Part shown: positions 1 through 8,603 of the stretch, piece by piece
Layout of the letters: the number at the start of each line of letters is the position of its first letter
Numbering within the stretch: position 1 is the first letter of the stretch
Source of the DNA: a bacterium
Lineage (GTDB): Bacteria > Patescibacteriota > UBA1384 > CAILIB01
NCBI GenBank assembly: GCA_037131105.1
Contig: JBAXRQ010000001.1
Span: forward strand, 765,465 to 829,464
Direction of reading: 5' to 3'
DNA: 64,000 nt
Program-made: the position numbers and the translations under genes
Notes under the pieces: model-generated
The model's input: the letters and a program-made list of their open reading frames with translations, nothing else
The model's database searches: none
What the model was told of the DNA's origin: nothing

Positions 1-312
1 AGCATAGCCGAGCAGCATCCCGACCACCTCATCCCCGGCCACCGCCACCGCACAGTAGGCGTAGGGAAGATCAAGGCTTCCCAGGACGTCGCTGGCGATG
101 GTCTCCAGGGGCCAGAACAGCTCCAGATGACTGCCGCACTGCGGGCAGGTCTCCGCCTCGCCGATACTGCTGCCAAACGAATTCTCGCAACCTGAGCACT
201 TCTTGTGCTCGTTCCACGGCTCACCTGCATAGCCTGACTGGTAGCACTTCCACGCACTCTGACAGAGCGTCACATTCCCCGTATCCAAACTCTCAATACG
301 TACACTTATCAC
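1..312 (-). CDS. GNAT-like acetyltransferase with inserted CxxC..CxxC zinc ribbon (partial, runs off window)
   Basis: Manual translation from GTG at 312 (SD GAAAGGAG upstream): MISVRIE...YAGEPWNEHKKCSGC...CPQCG...VAVAGDEVVGMLLGYA. Confidence 0.55.
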   Translation of the reverse strand, partial: MISVRIESLDTGNVTLCQSAWKCYQSGYAGEPWNEHKKCSGCENSFGSSIGEAETCPQCGSHLELFWPLETIASDVLGSLDLPYAYCAVAVAGDEVVGMLLGYA

Positions 313-435
313 GATGTCTCCTTTCGTCCTCGCGAAGAGAACGGCTGACCCTTGGCAGGCCAACCGGCTTGCCGCGAGGATACAAAAAGCCCCGCACTCG
401 GGCGGGACTAGTGCCGTTCGCGGCAAACCAAAATC

Positions 436-741
436 CTACCCGAGCCGAGGCGGGGTATGAGGATGCTCAAGACGGAACAGGGCTATACGATAGCCGCCGC
501 CGTCCCCCTTCAGCCACTTGGCGATGCGGGCCACCGTGGTCGAGCTTAAGCCCGTCTCCTTGACGATCTGGGTATACGGTACCTTGTCATTCAGCATGCG
601 GGCAGCCTGCCAACGGTTGGAAAACTCCAGAATCTCCTTCTCAGTAAGAAGGTCGCGAAAGAACCGCTTCAGCTCCGCCTCGTTCTTGAGGCTGAGAATG
701 GTGCGGAAGAGGTCGTCGGACTCAGGAGTGCTCCAATCCAT
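436..741 (-). CDS. TrpR-related YerC/YecD family protein
   Basis: FFRDLLTEKEI..F.NRW..A.ML...PY..I...TGLSSTTVARIAKWL..G.GGY signature. Confidence 0.85.
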   Translation of the reverse strand: MDWSTPESDDLFRTILSLKNEAELKRFFRDLLTEKEILEFSNRWQAARMLNDKVPYTQIVKETGLSSTTVARIAKWLKGDGGGYRIALFRLEHPHTPPRLG

Positions 742-798
742 AGGAATAGTTAATACTTTACTGTACTAAAGTACTATGGTTCCTTGTATCTGTCAACC

Positions 799-2064
799 CT
801 AAGCCGTTTCAGCCGCCAACTCCAGGGAGGACATCCCGATATGCCGTGGTGTGGTCTTGAGCAAGATAAGCACTATTCCGATACTAACCAGGGCCAGCAC
901 CGCAAAGGCGGCACCGTTCCCCAGGTTCTCCGCCAGCAGACCGGCCGCTATGGGACCGATGACAAAGCCGATGTTGGTAGCGAAGTCATTGATGCCCACT
1001 ATCTCCTTCTCGGCCGTAGGCGCCTCGGCAATATAGTCGGTAAAGGCCCCGTTCACCGACGGCGTGGCGATGGAGATGAAGAAGGCGGCGCAGAAGACCA
1101 GTCCGATAATCAGCACCGGATTGGTGACGAATGCCAGCGGCAGCAGCAGGGCCGACCCTATCCCCAGCGAGTAGAACGCCGTCCGCTTCTTGCCCCGCTT
1201 ATGGGTAATGGCGCCGATGCACCAGCCCACGCCCAGGATTGGCACCTCGTAGGCCATCAGCAGCAGTCCAGACAGACCCCCTACCCCGTGCAGACTCTGG
1301 GCGTAGAGCGGGCCGATGGTCCAGAAGAAGGAGTCGAAAACGCAGAGCAGCACTGTCACAATCAGCACTGGCCGTAAGAGATTAGAAGCGGCAGCCCACA
1401 GATAGAACTCTTTTTGTAGATTGACCGTCCTGCAGCACAACTCCTGCTCCGGCGTCTTGGGATGCTGTTTGCGCACCATATACAGAAGTAGCAAGAAGAA
1501 CAGGAAACCGAAGCCTAGGAATATCCAGGAGAACTCAAACGCCTGCAGGTTTACCGTCTCTACCACTACCATGCCGGCAAGCAGAGGCGCTACCAGGTAA
1601 CCCAACGCCCGAAATACTTGCAGCACTCCCGAACCAGAAGCATGCTCACTGCTCTTGAGGTTCAGGCCTGCAAAATTGAACCTGCCGAAATTAAACAGAT
1701 CGTAATAAATCCCCCACAGTCCCATAGCCAACAAAAAGATCCAGGCCGACTGGGCCTTGAAGAGGATGAGCGGGTAAATGGTGCAGATGACAAACAGGAT
1801 CATGAAGATGAGCCGGTAGTCGCTCTTCCTGAAGATCCGGCAGATGAAGAAGTCGAAGAGGGCACCGGCCACCGAGGAGCTGCCAATGATCAGGCCCATG
1901 GTCGCCTCGCTGAAGCCGTTCTGCACCAGCAAAAGCGGCGTCACATAGGTAAGGATGCCGTCGAAGACGCAGAAGAAGAATATGACCAGCGAGAAGGCGT
2001 ACAGCGGCTTGTGCTTCAGGCCGTACTGGCGGACATGGTCCTCGAGATGGCGAAGAGTAGGCAT
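799..2064 (-). CDS. MFS transporter
   Basis: 421 aa, about 12 hydrophobic segments, MFS-like loop (KRGKKRT) and GFVIGPIAAG. Confidence 0.8.
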   Translation of the reverse strand: MPTLRHLEDHVRQYGLKHKPLYAFSLVIFFFCVFDGILTYVTPLLLVQNGFSEATMGLIIGSSSVAGALFDFFICRIFRKSDYRLIFMILFVICTIYPLILFKAQSAWIFLLAMGLWGIYYDLFNFGRFNFAGLNLKSSEHASGSGVLQVFRALGYLVAPLLAGMVVVETVNLQAFEFSWIFLGFGFLFFLLLLYMVRKQHPKTPEQELCCRTVNLQKEFYLWAAASNLLRPVLIVTVLLCVFDSFFWTIGPLYAQSLHGVGGLSGLLLMAYEVPILGVGWCIGAITHKRGKKRTAFYSLGIGSALLLPLAFVTNPVLIIGLVFCAAFFISIATPSVNGAFTDYIAEAPTAEKEIVGINDFATNIGFVIGPIAAGLLAENLGNGAAFAVLALVSIGIVLILLKTTPRHIGMSSLELAAETA

Positions 2065-2258
2065 AGTGCTATTTTAGCACGAGAAAGGGAGGCGCACCTT
2101 GTAAATCCCATTGCCCCTCGCGCAAAAATGAAGCACCGTACCATTTTTTCGGATAGTAAACAATAACAACAAGCTCCGGAAGCATATAATATAAAAAGCC
2201 CTCTCAACTCCCTTGCCTTACACAGCTCTTCAGCAGAATATAAGTATAATAATATCTA

Positions 2259-2756
2259 ATGGTTTTTATGAATCCCAAACTCTTTAAGGCGGCGCTGTTG
2301 ACCCTGGTGGCCTGTGCCTGCGTATCCATTGCCATCTCCTATTCCACCTACCAGTACCGCATCAACCAGCCGGCCGAGCCTAATGGCACCCTTTCACTCT
2401 GGGAGCTTTCCGATACCTACCTCACTCCATACTCGGTATTTAATCCAGCAGTGAACTCCACTCCTGCACCTGGGTTGTATTCCGGTGTCGAGATGGACGG
2501 CACGGCCCTTGCTAAGAATATTGCCGTCCTCTTCATCCCCGCCTTCCTGATAGTGCTTCTAGTAATGAATCTATGGGCTACAAAAGCCCGGCGGCCGATG
2601 CTGACCGGTGCCGTTGTTTCCGGAATCATATGCTTCGCTCTAGGTAGCCTCCTCATGTACCTCTATCTCCTGACCCCGCTAAAGGTGCAGCAGCAGTACG
2701 GACTGGACGGGTACAACGCTGTAGTACGTCTTCACAATCAGATCAGCCCCAAATAG
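2259..2756 (+). CDS. Hypothetical membrane protein
   Basis: 165 aa, 3 hydrophobic segments; TTGCCT/TATAAT-like elements upstream. Confidence 0.55.
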   Translation: MVFMNPKLFKAALLTLVACACVSIAISYSTYQYRINQPAEPNGTLSLWELSDTYLTPYSVFNPAVNSTPAPGLYSGVEMDGTALAKNIAVLFIPAFLIVLLVMNLWATKARRPMLTGAVVSGIICFALGSLLMYLYLLTPLKVQQQYGLDGYNAVVRLHNQISPK

Positions 2757-2775
2757 GCCCGGCGCTCCTAGTACG

Positions 2776-3534
2776 TTACGGTGTTACGCTAATTACCCCG
2801 GGCTTGGCGCTTCCGCTACTTGGATAGTATGCCGTGTTGTCCCGAGAGTCGCGAGCCGAGATAACATATTGTAGAGAAGTAGTGCCTGCCAGTGCCGATC
2901 CCGGAATAAGCGCTGAATACATCCCGTAACTTACCACCACAACGGTAGCCTGCGTCCAGGTGCCGCCAGCCCTGGTCTGGTACAAGAATGAGGGAAGAGG
3001 TAGCGGCACAGTCGCCACATTGTCGGTGACACGGAAGAGGAGGCTGGCCTGCCCGGCGGCCTTCATACTACTGGCAAACTGGGGGGCAACGGTGGGCGCA
3101 GTAGTGTCAGACAGCTCGGCAGCTGAGGCAACGCTCCCGCTCTTCACTCCGGTCAGCAGGAGTGAGATGCCCGACTTCAGCGTGATACCAACCCTCTCCT
3201 GACCATCGAATGAATACCTCCAGCCATTGGTACCGATAAAACCCAGATACGCCGGCGTATCGCTACGTATCCCGGGTACTACGAAGACGCCGTCCGAACT
3301 TACGGCATAGGTGCTTACGACCGGGCCAATGGCAATCGTCACCTTGCCCTCAATGCCATTGCCGTCATTGTCAACAATACTGCCATAGGCGCTCTCTCCC
3401 GTCACAGGGACAAGCACCGCCTTTGAGCGATTAAAGTACAGTACCGCACCATAGAGTGCCAGCAAGCCCAGAACCAGCAGGGCGAAAGCGATTCGTATGC
3501 GAGGATTATTCGCGGCGTATATCAAGGGTTGCAT
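2776..3534 (-). CDS. Membrane-anchored beta-sandwich (Ig-like) surface protein
   Basis: N-terminal TM; beta-rich; DTTAPTV and YVISARDSRDN Ig-like motifs. Confidence 0.55.
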   Translation of the reverse strand: MQPLIYAANNPRIRIAFALLVLGLLALYGAVLYFNRSKAVLVPVTGESAYGSIVDNDGNGIEGKVTIAIGPVVSTYAVSSDGVFVVPGIRSDTPAYLGFIGTNGWRYSFDGQERVGITLKSGISLLLTGVKSGSVASAAELSDTTAPTVAPQFASSMKAAGQASLLFRVTDNVATVPLPLPSFLYQTRAGGTWTQATVVVVSYGMYSALIPGSALAGTTSLQYVISARDSRDNTAYYPSSGSAKPGVISVTP

Positions 3535-3559
3535 TCGTGGCGTGCTAATATGCGGCGGG

Positions 3560-5218
3560 TCAATTTTGGGTAACGGCCGAAAACGAGTCGGCGGCCGTGT
3601 AGGTACCCAGCTCGTTGGTACCGCCCCCCAGCGTCTTGTTGCTCAACCAGATAACCGGTGGCGCAGTCGGGGTGGTCACCTCGATGTCATAGCGCCCCGG
3701 CTCTGTCTCTCCGGCAAACTGGCCGGCGCCTCCCGCGATATAGCCGAGCTGCTTTCGGGCTCCGGTCCTGCGTCCCGTGCCTGGGTCAAGCTTCCAGAGG
3801 GTTATGATAAACGGATTGTCACTGCGAACCGGCAGCATGGCGCTGTGGCCGTCCACTGCCGTGCCGTGGACCGAGGCTACCGGGGAGGGAGTTGCCGCTG
3901 CTGTCCTGATCGACAGATACTGGGAATCAACCACCTTTCCATCAAGCTTGCTGGTAAGGACCAGGGCATACATCCCGTCGATAGCCTTGAAAAGAGGGTC
4001 TCCAGTAAAATAGTTCCCGATAACCATCGTCGAGTTCCTGATCCTGACTTTGTTGGCCTTAAAAGCTGAGCAGTCCTGGGTGATGACGTTTGGCTGCAGA
4101 ATCTCAATGGCACGTGCCACCATAGCCTGGTCGTAGGAAGAGGGCAGGTTCGTCACGATGGCATGGCTCACGGCACCCTGTATCCACTGGTTAAGGGCGG
4201 CGGGATCCCCGTTTGCGAGGCTAGAAGGAATCTGGGGAATGTTATTGAGGATATCGACTATCCAAGGCCCGTACTGCGAGTTCCGCAGAGTACTCGCAAT
4301 ACGCGTGACCTCGCCTATCGTCGCCCGAGCGAGTACGGAGTCCGCATTGATGTAATAAAAGTTACAGCTTACTGTGGCAGGATATCTGACGCTCCACTCG
4401 AATTGCTTCGCGTCACCCCTGGGAATTGTCTCCACTCGCTCATTAGCGGGCTTACCGACGTACTCGGTGGTGTTTGTTGAGCCTTGGTAGGTCTTGAGAC
4501 TAAGGATGGCAGCCGCACTATGTGGGTCGGTGGCAAAATTTATGTCGCTTCGACCCCCTGTGGCGGCCATAACCTGGAAAGACTTGGTAGGCGGAAGAAA
4601 TGTCCTCTGACTTTTTATGGCCTGCAGATTGTAGGTCGCACCAGTCGTCCCCAAGAAGAAGTACGAGCCGGAAGATCCGGACGTATCCAGGATCCGGCCT
4701 GAAATCAGGTCCTTTATCTGGACGCCGCCCAAGGGATTTCCATTCTCATCAGTAGTAAGTCCGGATATCCCGTATTTAGGTGCGGCAACTGAGAAGTCAC
4801 TACCTCCCTGGCTAGTGTCCGTTATGGTCACCGAACGGTTGGCAGGGGCGAAGTACTGCCCCGTCAGGCTAGGTGTTACCGTATAGCTCCCTGCTGTCAA
4901 ACCGGTAAGAACATATAGACCTGAGGCGTCCGTGACAGCGGTTGAGCCTGCCACCGAGACCGTGACGCCCGGCAGCCCGGCCCCGCTGTCATAGGTTACG
5001 ACGTGACCGGATATGGTGTAGTTAGCGCCTTTGAGAGCAAAGGGAGATGAGGTGGAAAAGGTAGACGCCCTCACACTGACAGAAGGAGCACATCCGAGCA
5101 GCACGATTCCTGAGACAAGCAGAAATACGAGTAGGGTGCGGATACGGGACGCTCGGTGCATATGGCAGGACTCCCAGAGGAGGAGGGATCGCTTTAGAAT
5201 AGACTGTTGACACACCAA
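3560..5218 (-). CDS. Secreted protein with carboxypeptidase-regulatory-like (CarboxypepD_reg/SdrD-B-like) repeats
   Basis: Signal/TM followed by YTISGHV...GLPGVTVSV...TDASGLY..TGL.AGSYTVTP repeats; real start probably at MHRASR. Confidence 0.65.
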   Translation of the reverse strand: MVCQQSILKRSLLLWESCHMHRASRIRTLLVFLLVSGIVLLGCAPSVSVRASTFSTSSPFALKGANYTISGHVVTYDSGAGLPGVTVSVAGSTAVTDASGLYVLTGLTAGSYTVTPSLTGQYFAPANRSVTITDTSQGGSDFSVAAPKYGISGLTTDENGNPLGGVQIKDLISGRILDTSGSSGSYFFLGTTGATYNLQAIKSQRTFLPPTKSFQVMAATGGRSDINFATDPHSAAAILSLKTYQGSTNTTEYVGKPANERVETIPRGDAKQFEWSVRYPATVSCNFYYINADSVLARATIGEVTRIASTLRNSQYGPWIVDILNNIPQIPSSLANGDPAALNQWIQGAVSHAIVTNLPSSYDQAMVARAIEILQPNVITQDCSAFKANKVRIRNSTMVIGNYFTGDPLFKAIDGMYALVLTSKLDGKVVDSQYLSIRTAAATPSPVASVHGTAVDGHSAMLPVRSDNPFIITLWKLDPGTGRRTGARKQLGYIAGGAGQFAGETEPGRYDIEVTTPTAPPVIWLSNKTLGGGTNELGTYTAADSFSAVTQN

Positions 5219-5338
5219 TTGTATGGGATAAGGTTGGGTATGACAAGGTTAGCGTATCAATGCGACGTCAGGCCTGATAGTGGCGTGGTGGAACTGCAGG
5301 GAGGCTATTTCAAGTGCCAACCAAGCTATTTGATCTGC

Positions 5339-6109
5339 TTAGGCTGGGCGCGGAATAACCGTGGCCATTCCCCACAGCGTTTCGAACTGCTGCCGGTAGC
5401 CGTCGGCAATATTCTTGTTCTCTATGTAAATAATAGAAATGTTCTCAGGATCCATGACCTGCAGGGCCACCTTGTCACCATAAATGACTGTCGCCACCGG
5501 AGTACCGTACGAACCGGGCAGCTCGCGGACCTCAAGCAGCTTCTGGGCGAAGTACTGGGTGGTGAAGTCCTGGCCGCCATAGGAGATCATGCGCAGGTTA
5601 ATATTGCGCTTGGCGTAGATGTTCACATACTTATGGTACATGGGCCGGACCTTATCCAGACTGTAAAAACCGTCGCCGATACCGCCTAGGATAAGGTACT
5701 CACCGTCCTTGCCCACGGTCTTCAAAATATCCTCAAATCCGAATTGAAAGGCGTCCTCGCCTTCACGAACCTGCACTATATGAGGGTAGTGCTGATACAT
5801 GCCCTTCAGCAGAGGCTGCAAGGACTCGGCGGTCTCCATCTTTGCCTTCACCCGGCTGATGAGGATCTCCGGATTGGTAGCGGCAAAATAGGCCCGCTTG
5901 TGCTTGATAAAGGTGCGGACCAGCTTGGCCTCTTCTAAACGCTTTAAGGCCCGGTAGGCCTGCTCACGGTGCAGCTTCACCTTCTCAAGGATCATGCCCA
6001 CCGAAGCCTCACCATAGCGAAGAATCTCGAGGTAGATCTCGGCCTCGTGCTGGGACAGGCCGACCTCCTCAAGTTGACGTAGAACGGACTCGTTACTTAC
6101 GGTGTCCAT
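5339..6109 (-). CDS. TrmB-family transcriptional regulator
   Basis: LEEVGLSQHEAEIYLEILRYG...YRALKRL..LV wHTH; C-terminal IYGDKVA...IENKNIADGYRQQFETLW; start set at MDTVS. Confidence 0.85.
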   Translation of the reverse strand: MDTVSNESVLRQLEEVGLSQHEAEIYLEILRYGEASVGMILEKVKLHREQAYRALKRLEEAKLVRTFIKHKRAYFAATNPEILISRVKAKMETAESLQPLLKGMYQHYPHIVQVREGEDAFQFGFEDILKTVGKDGEYLILGGIGDGFYSLDKVRPMYHKYVNIYAKRNINLRMISYGGQDFTTQYFAQKLLEVRELPGSYGTPVATVIYGDKVALQVMDPENISIIYIENKNIADGYRQQFETLWGMATVIPRPA

Positions 6110-6177
6110 ACTTCCTTCTTTAGGACTTGGATAATCACAGGTCTGATTCAAGATAATTTTTTTATTGTAACATTGTG

Positions 6178-6206
6178 TTGACAATATGTCAATACCAGAC
6201 TATATT
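6178..6206 (+). promoter_or_regulatory. Sigma70 promoter with overlapping palindrome (candidate TrmB operator)
   Basis: TTGACA-17 nt-TATATT; TTGACAATATGTCAA palindrome at 6178-6192. Confidence 0.7.
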
Positions 6207-6233
6207 CGGGCTACTTATCTGTAAGCAAAGCCC

Positions 6234-6341
6234 ATGTCCAATAGCCCGATTAAGCCACAAGTTCCTGGCACAGGGTATAACAGCCCGATCAAACCGCAGA
6301 TACCAACGGCCAACAGCCCCATCAAGCCTCAGGTACCCTAA
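6234..6341 (+). CDS. Putative multi-core RiPP precursor peptide, 35 aa: MSNSPIKPQVPGTGYNSPIKPQIPTANSPIKPQVP
   Basis: Manual translation (below the ORF track size). Three NSPIKPQ[V/I]P repeats with synonymous codon differences, between the promoter and ycaO. Confidence 0.8.
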   Translation: MSNSPIKPQVPGTGYNSPIKPQIPTANSPIKPQVP

Positions 6342-6354
6342 CCAGGGAGCTATC

Positions 6355-6380
6355 GGCCCGTCCGAAAGGGCGGGCCTTTT
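6355..6380 (+). terminator. GC hairpin plus T tract between precursor and ycaO
   Basis: GGCCCGTCC-GAAA-GGGCGGGCC-TTTT. Confidence 0.65.
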
Positions 6381-6384
6381 CTGT

Positions 6385-7911
6385 ATGCCTACACTCCTCC
6401 GCCCCGACTGGGATCTCATTCCAGGGAAAGATTCTGCGACCCTGCTGCCGCCAGACGGTGCCTCCCCTATTATTTTGAAGGGGGCCGGTTTGACGGAGCT
6501 TTTTTCAGATCTGATTAACGGTATCCCGACACCCAGTCATTCACGACTCATTGCCCGGCTGAAGAAGATGGGTGCGGTGGTCGAGCAGGATATTGTGACA
6601 AAGCCCGTGCCCCAAGAAGACTATCTCGACCTGCTGGAAAATACCGTGATAGGCCCGAATAAGATAGTACGGCAGATCCGCCAGTACCCCATGGCCGACC
6701 AGTTTAAGGACAGCTTTCATGTGTCGTATGCCAGTGGCTTCGCTCCCCGTCTTATCCCCGGACAGTCCTCGCAGAGCGGCGGCTGGGGTGCCGATACCGA
6801 TCCGTTGCTGGCCGATATCAAGTCAGTGGTGGAGGCGGTCGAGCGCTACGCCTTGGCTGAATACGACGAGTCTGCCTTGGTGCAGAAAAAATGGGCGGAG
6901 ATGGAAAGCAAAAGTCCTACAGCTACTCAGATGGGAAGTGACGAGCAGCTACTGGAAACAGCGCACCCTCTTCTCTGGCAGAAATTAGAAGGACTTACTG
7001 TCCCCGGCAGCATCTACGCTCCGCTGGATTTCCTGCACCACCCGGTTGATTACAGCGCTTTGGGACGCCTGCCGGTGGCTCCGCTCAATATCTCGGGTGT
7101 GGCGGCACACCAGAGCCTAGACGCCGCCATAATCAACGGGCTATTGGAGCTCTGCGAGCACGAGGCGCTGATGGTAGCCTGGTATGGCAAGCGGGTTACG
7201 CCTAACATCAGGGTAAAAAGCCTTGATGAGGACTCCCAGGAGCATATAGCCAAGCTGGAGCAGATGGGCTGGAAGATCATCCTGAAGGACATCAGTCTGG
7301 ACCTGGTGCCCGTGGTTATAGTGGTAGGCCTGGGGCCGGTTGGCAAACGGGCAGTTACCATCGGGTCATGCGCAGCCTTTTCCAGCCGGTATGCCGCCAA
7401 GAAGGCGCTGACTGAGGTGGTCAGGACCATTTTGACTGAGGAAGCCAGTCCACCGGTGGTGCCAGTCCTTACCCGGGAGGAAGTGAACGACGTGGCGACC
7501 CACGGGCTGTATTATTCCCGGCATGAGAACCTGGCTGAAGCGGAAATACTGTGGTCAGGCAACGAATGGGTGGACGCCACCGACCTGCTGACGGATGGAA
7601 GCGGCAGGGATCTGGAGGACGCGAAGCGGGAATGGGAAGCGTCGGGGGACCCTATCGGTAAGGAGAAGGAATACGTCACGGACATGCTGCGCACGAAGGG
7701 TATCGCCGCATATTATGCCGAGACTACACCAAAGGAAGTTCAGAAGGCTGGGATACCGCTTTTTGTGGTCGGGACCTTGGCGCCGGAAATGGCCAGGATG
7801 ACGGTGGGGTATGGGAGGAAACCAGCGCAGACGAAACGGTTTATGGCCCTACTAAGCAAATTCGAAAGTGAATCTCCACAAACCCCAGGAGGACTTCACC
7901 CCTTCAGCTAA
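6385..7911 (+). CDS. YcaO-family enzyme (stand-alone)
   Basis: GGWGA...EAVERYAL, SGVAAH...AIINGLLELCEHEA, C-terminal LHPFS (PHPF-like); start set at MPTLLRP. Confidence 0.88.
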   Translation: MPTLLRPDWDLIPGKDSATLLPPDGASPIILKGAGLTELFSDLINGIPTPSHSRLIARLKKMGAVVEQDIVTKPVPQEDYLDLLENTVIGPNKIVRQIRQYPMADQFKDSFHVSYASGFAPRLIPGQSSQSGGWGADTDPLLADIKSVVEAVERYALAEYDESALVQKKWAEMESKSPTATQMGSDEQLLETAHPLLWQKLEGLTVPGSIYAPLDFLHHPVDYSALGRLPVAPLNISGVAAHQSLDAAIINGLLELCEHEALMVAWYGKRVTPNIRVKSLDEDSQEHIAKLEQMGWKIILKDISLDLVPVVIVVGLGPVGKRAVTIGSCAAFSSRYAAKKALTEVVRTILTEEASPPVVPVLTREEVNDVATHGLYYSRHENLAEAEILWSGNEWVDATDLLTDGSGRDLEDAKREWEASGDPIGKEKEYVTDMLRTKGIAAYYAETTPKEVQKAGIPLFVVGTLAPEMARMTVGYGRKPAQTKRFMALLSKFESESPQTPGGLHPFS

Positions 7912-8537
7912 CTCACTAGGACAGCCACAGCCTCCTCGATAAGCCGAGGAAAGTCATCAGAAGTATCAAGGGTGGGGAGACCGCACCTTAGGCACCCCTC
8001 TCTTATCATAGCGCTATAGGTCTCTATCATCTGGGCGATCTTGGGATAGGTTTCGTCTGAGGTATCCCGTTGAGCCCAGTCGCCGGGGACCTGGCTGGCC
8101 TTCAGTCCCGAAACAATATCCTCACCCGACTTGCAAAGAAATAGAGCCTTGAACCTCTCTTCACCCTCGGCCGCAAGCAACGCACGCACCAAGTCAGGCC
8201 GGAGCTGCGCACCTTCGATGATAAAGTCCTGCTCGTCATGCAGGGCGTACACAATGAAGTTCTTTATGCCCGGCCAATATGACTCAGCCTCGACTAGGTA
8301 ACCGTCCACGATCTCTTGCGGCGTGTATTCGGCGTACAGTCTGTCATTGCTCTTCTCGGTCTTTACGCGGGCATACCAGTGCGGCAGACGCTCCTTCATG
8401 TCCTCCCTCGGGATATAGGGAGTTATCACTGACATCAGGTAGTCAGCGGGCACATAGGGTATGGCGAGCCGCCTGGAAAGCTCCCTTGCGAGGGTAGTCT
8501 TGCCGCACCGCGGCGGGCCGCCGATTAGGTAGATCAT
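7908..8537 (-). CDS. P-loop small-molecule kinase (2-phosphoglycerate/adenylate kinase-like)
   Basis: MIYLIGGPPRCGKTTLA Walker A; FIIEG. Confidence 0.7.
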   Translation of the reverse strand: MIYLIGGPPRCGKTTLARELSRRLAIPYVPADYLMSVITPYIPREDMKERLPHWYARVKTEKSNDRLYAEYTPQEIVDGYLVEAESYWPGIKNFIVYALHDEQDFIIEGAQLRPDLVRALLAAEGEERFKALFLCKSGEDIVSGLKASQVPGDWAQRDTSDETYPKIAQMIETYSAMIREGCLRCGLPTLDTSDDFPRLIEEAVAVLVS

Positions 8538-8603
8538 ATTTCTATAGTAGGAAGTATGGACTCATACTAGCAGATAGCAGGCAACATCCGGCTGCGGAAG
8601 GCT

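Noticed and set aside
784-2166. Long antisense ORFs (also opposite tig, rpsB, proS, rseP, htrA and others)
   Set aside because: Shadow frames of well-supported genes on the other strand in GC3-rich sequence.
6175-6384. N-terminal extension of the 578-aa YcaO ORF in the ORF track
   Set aside because: It overlaps the promoter, the repeat peptide in another frame and a terminator hairpin; ATG 6385 is the more plausible start.
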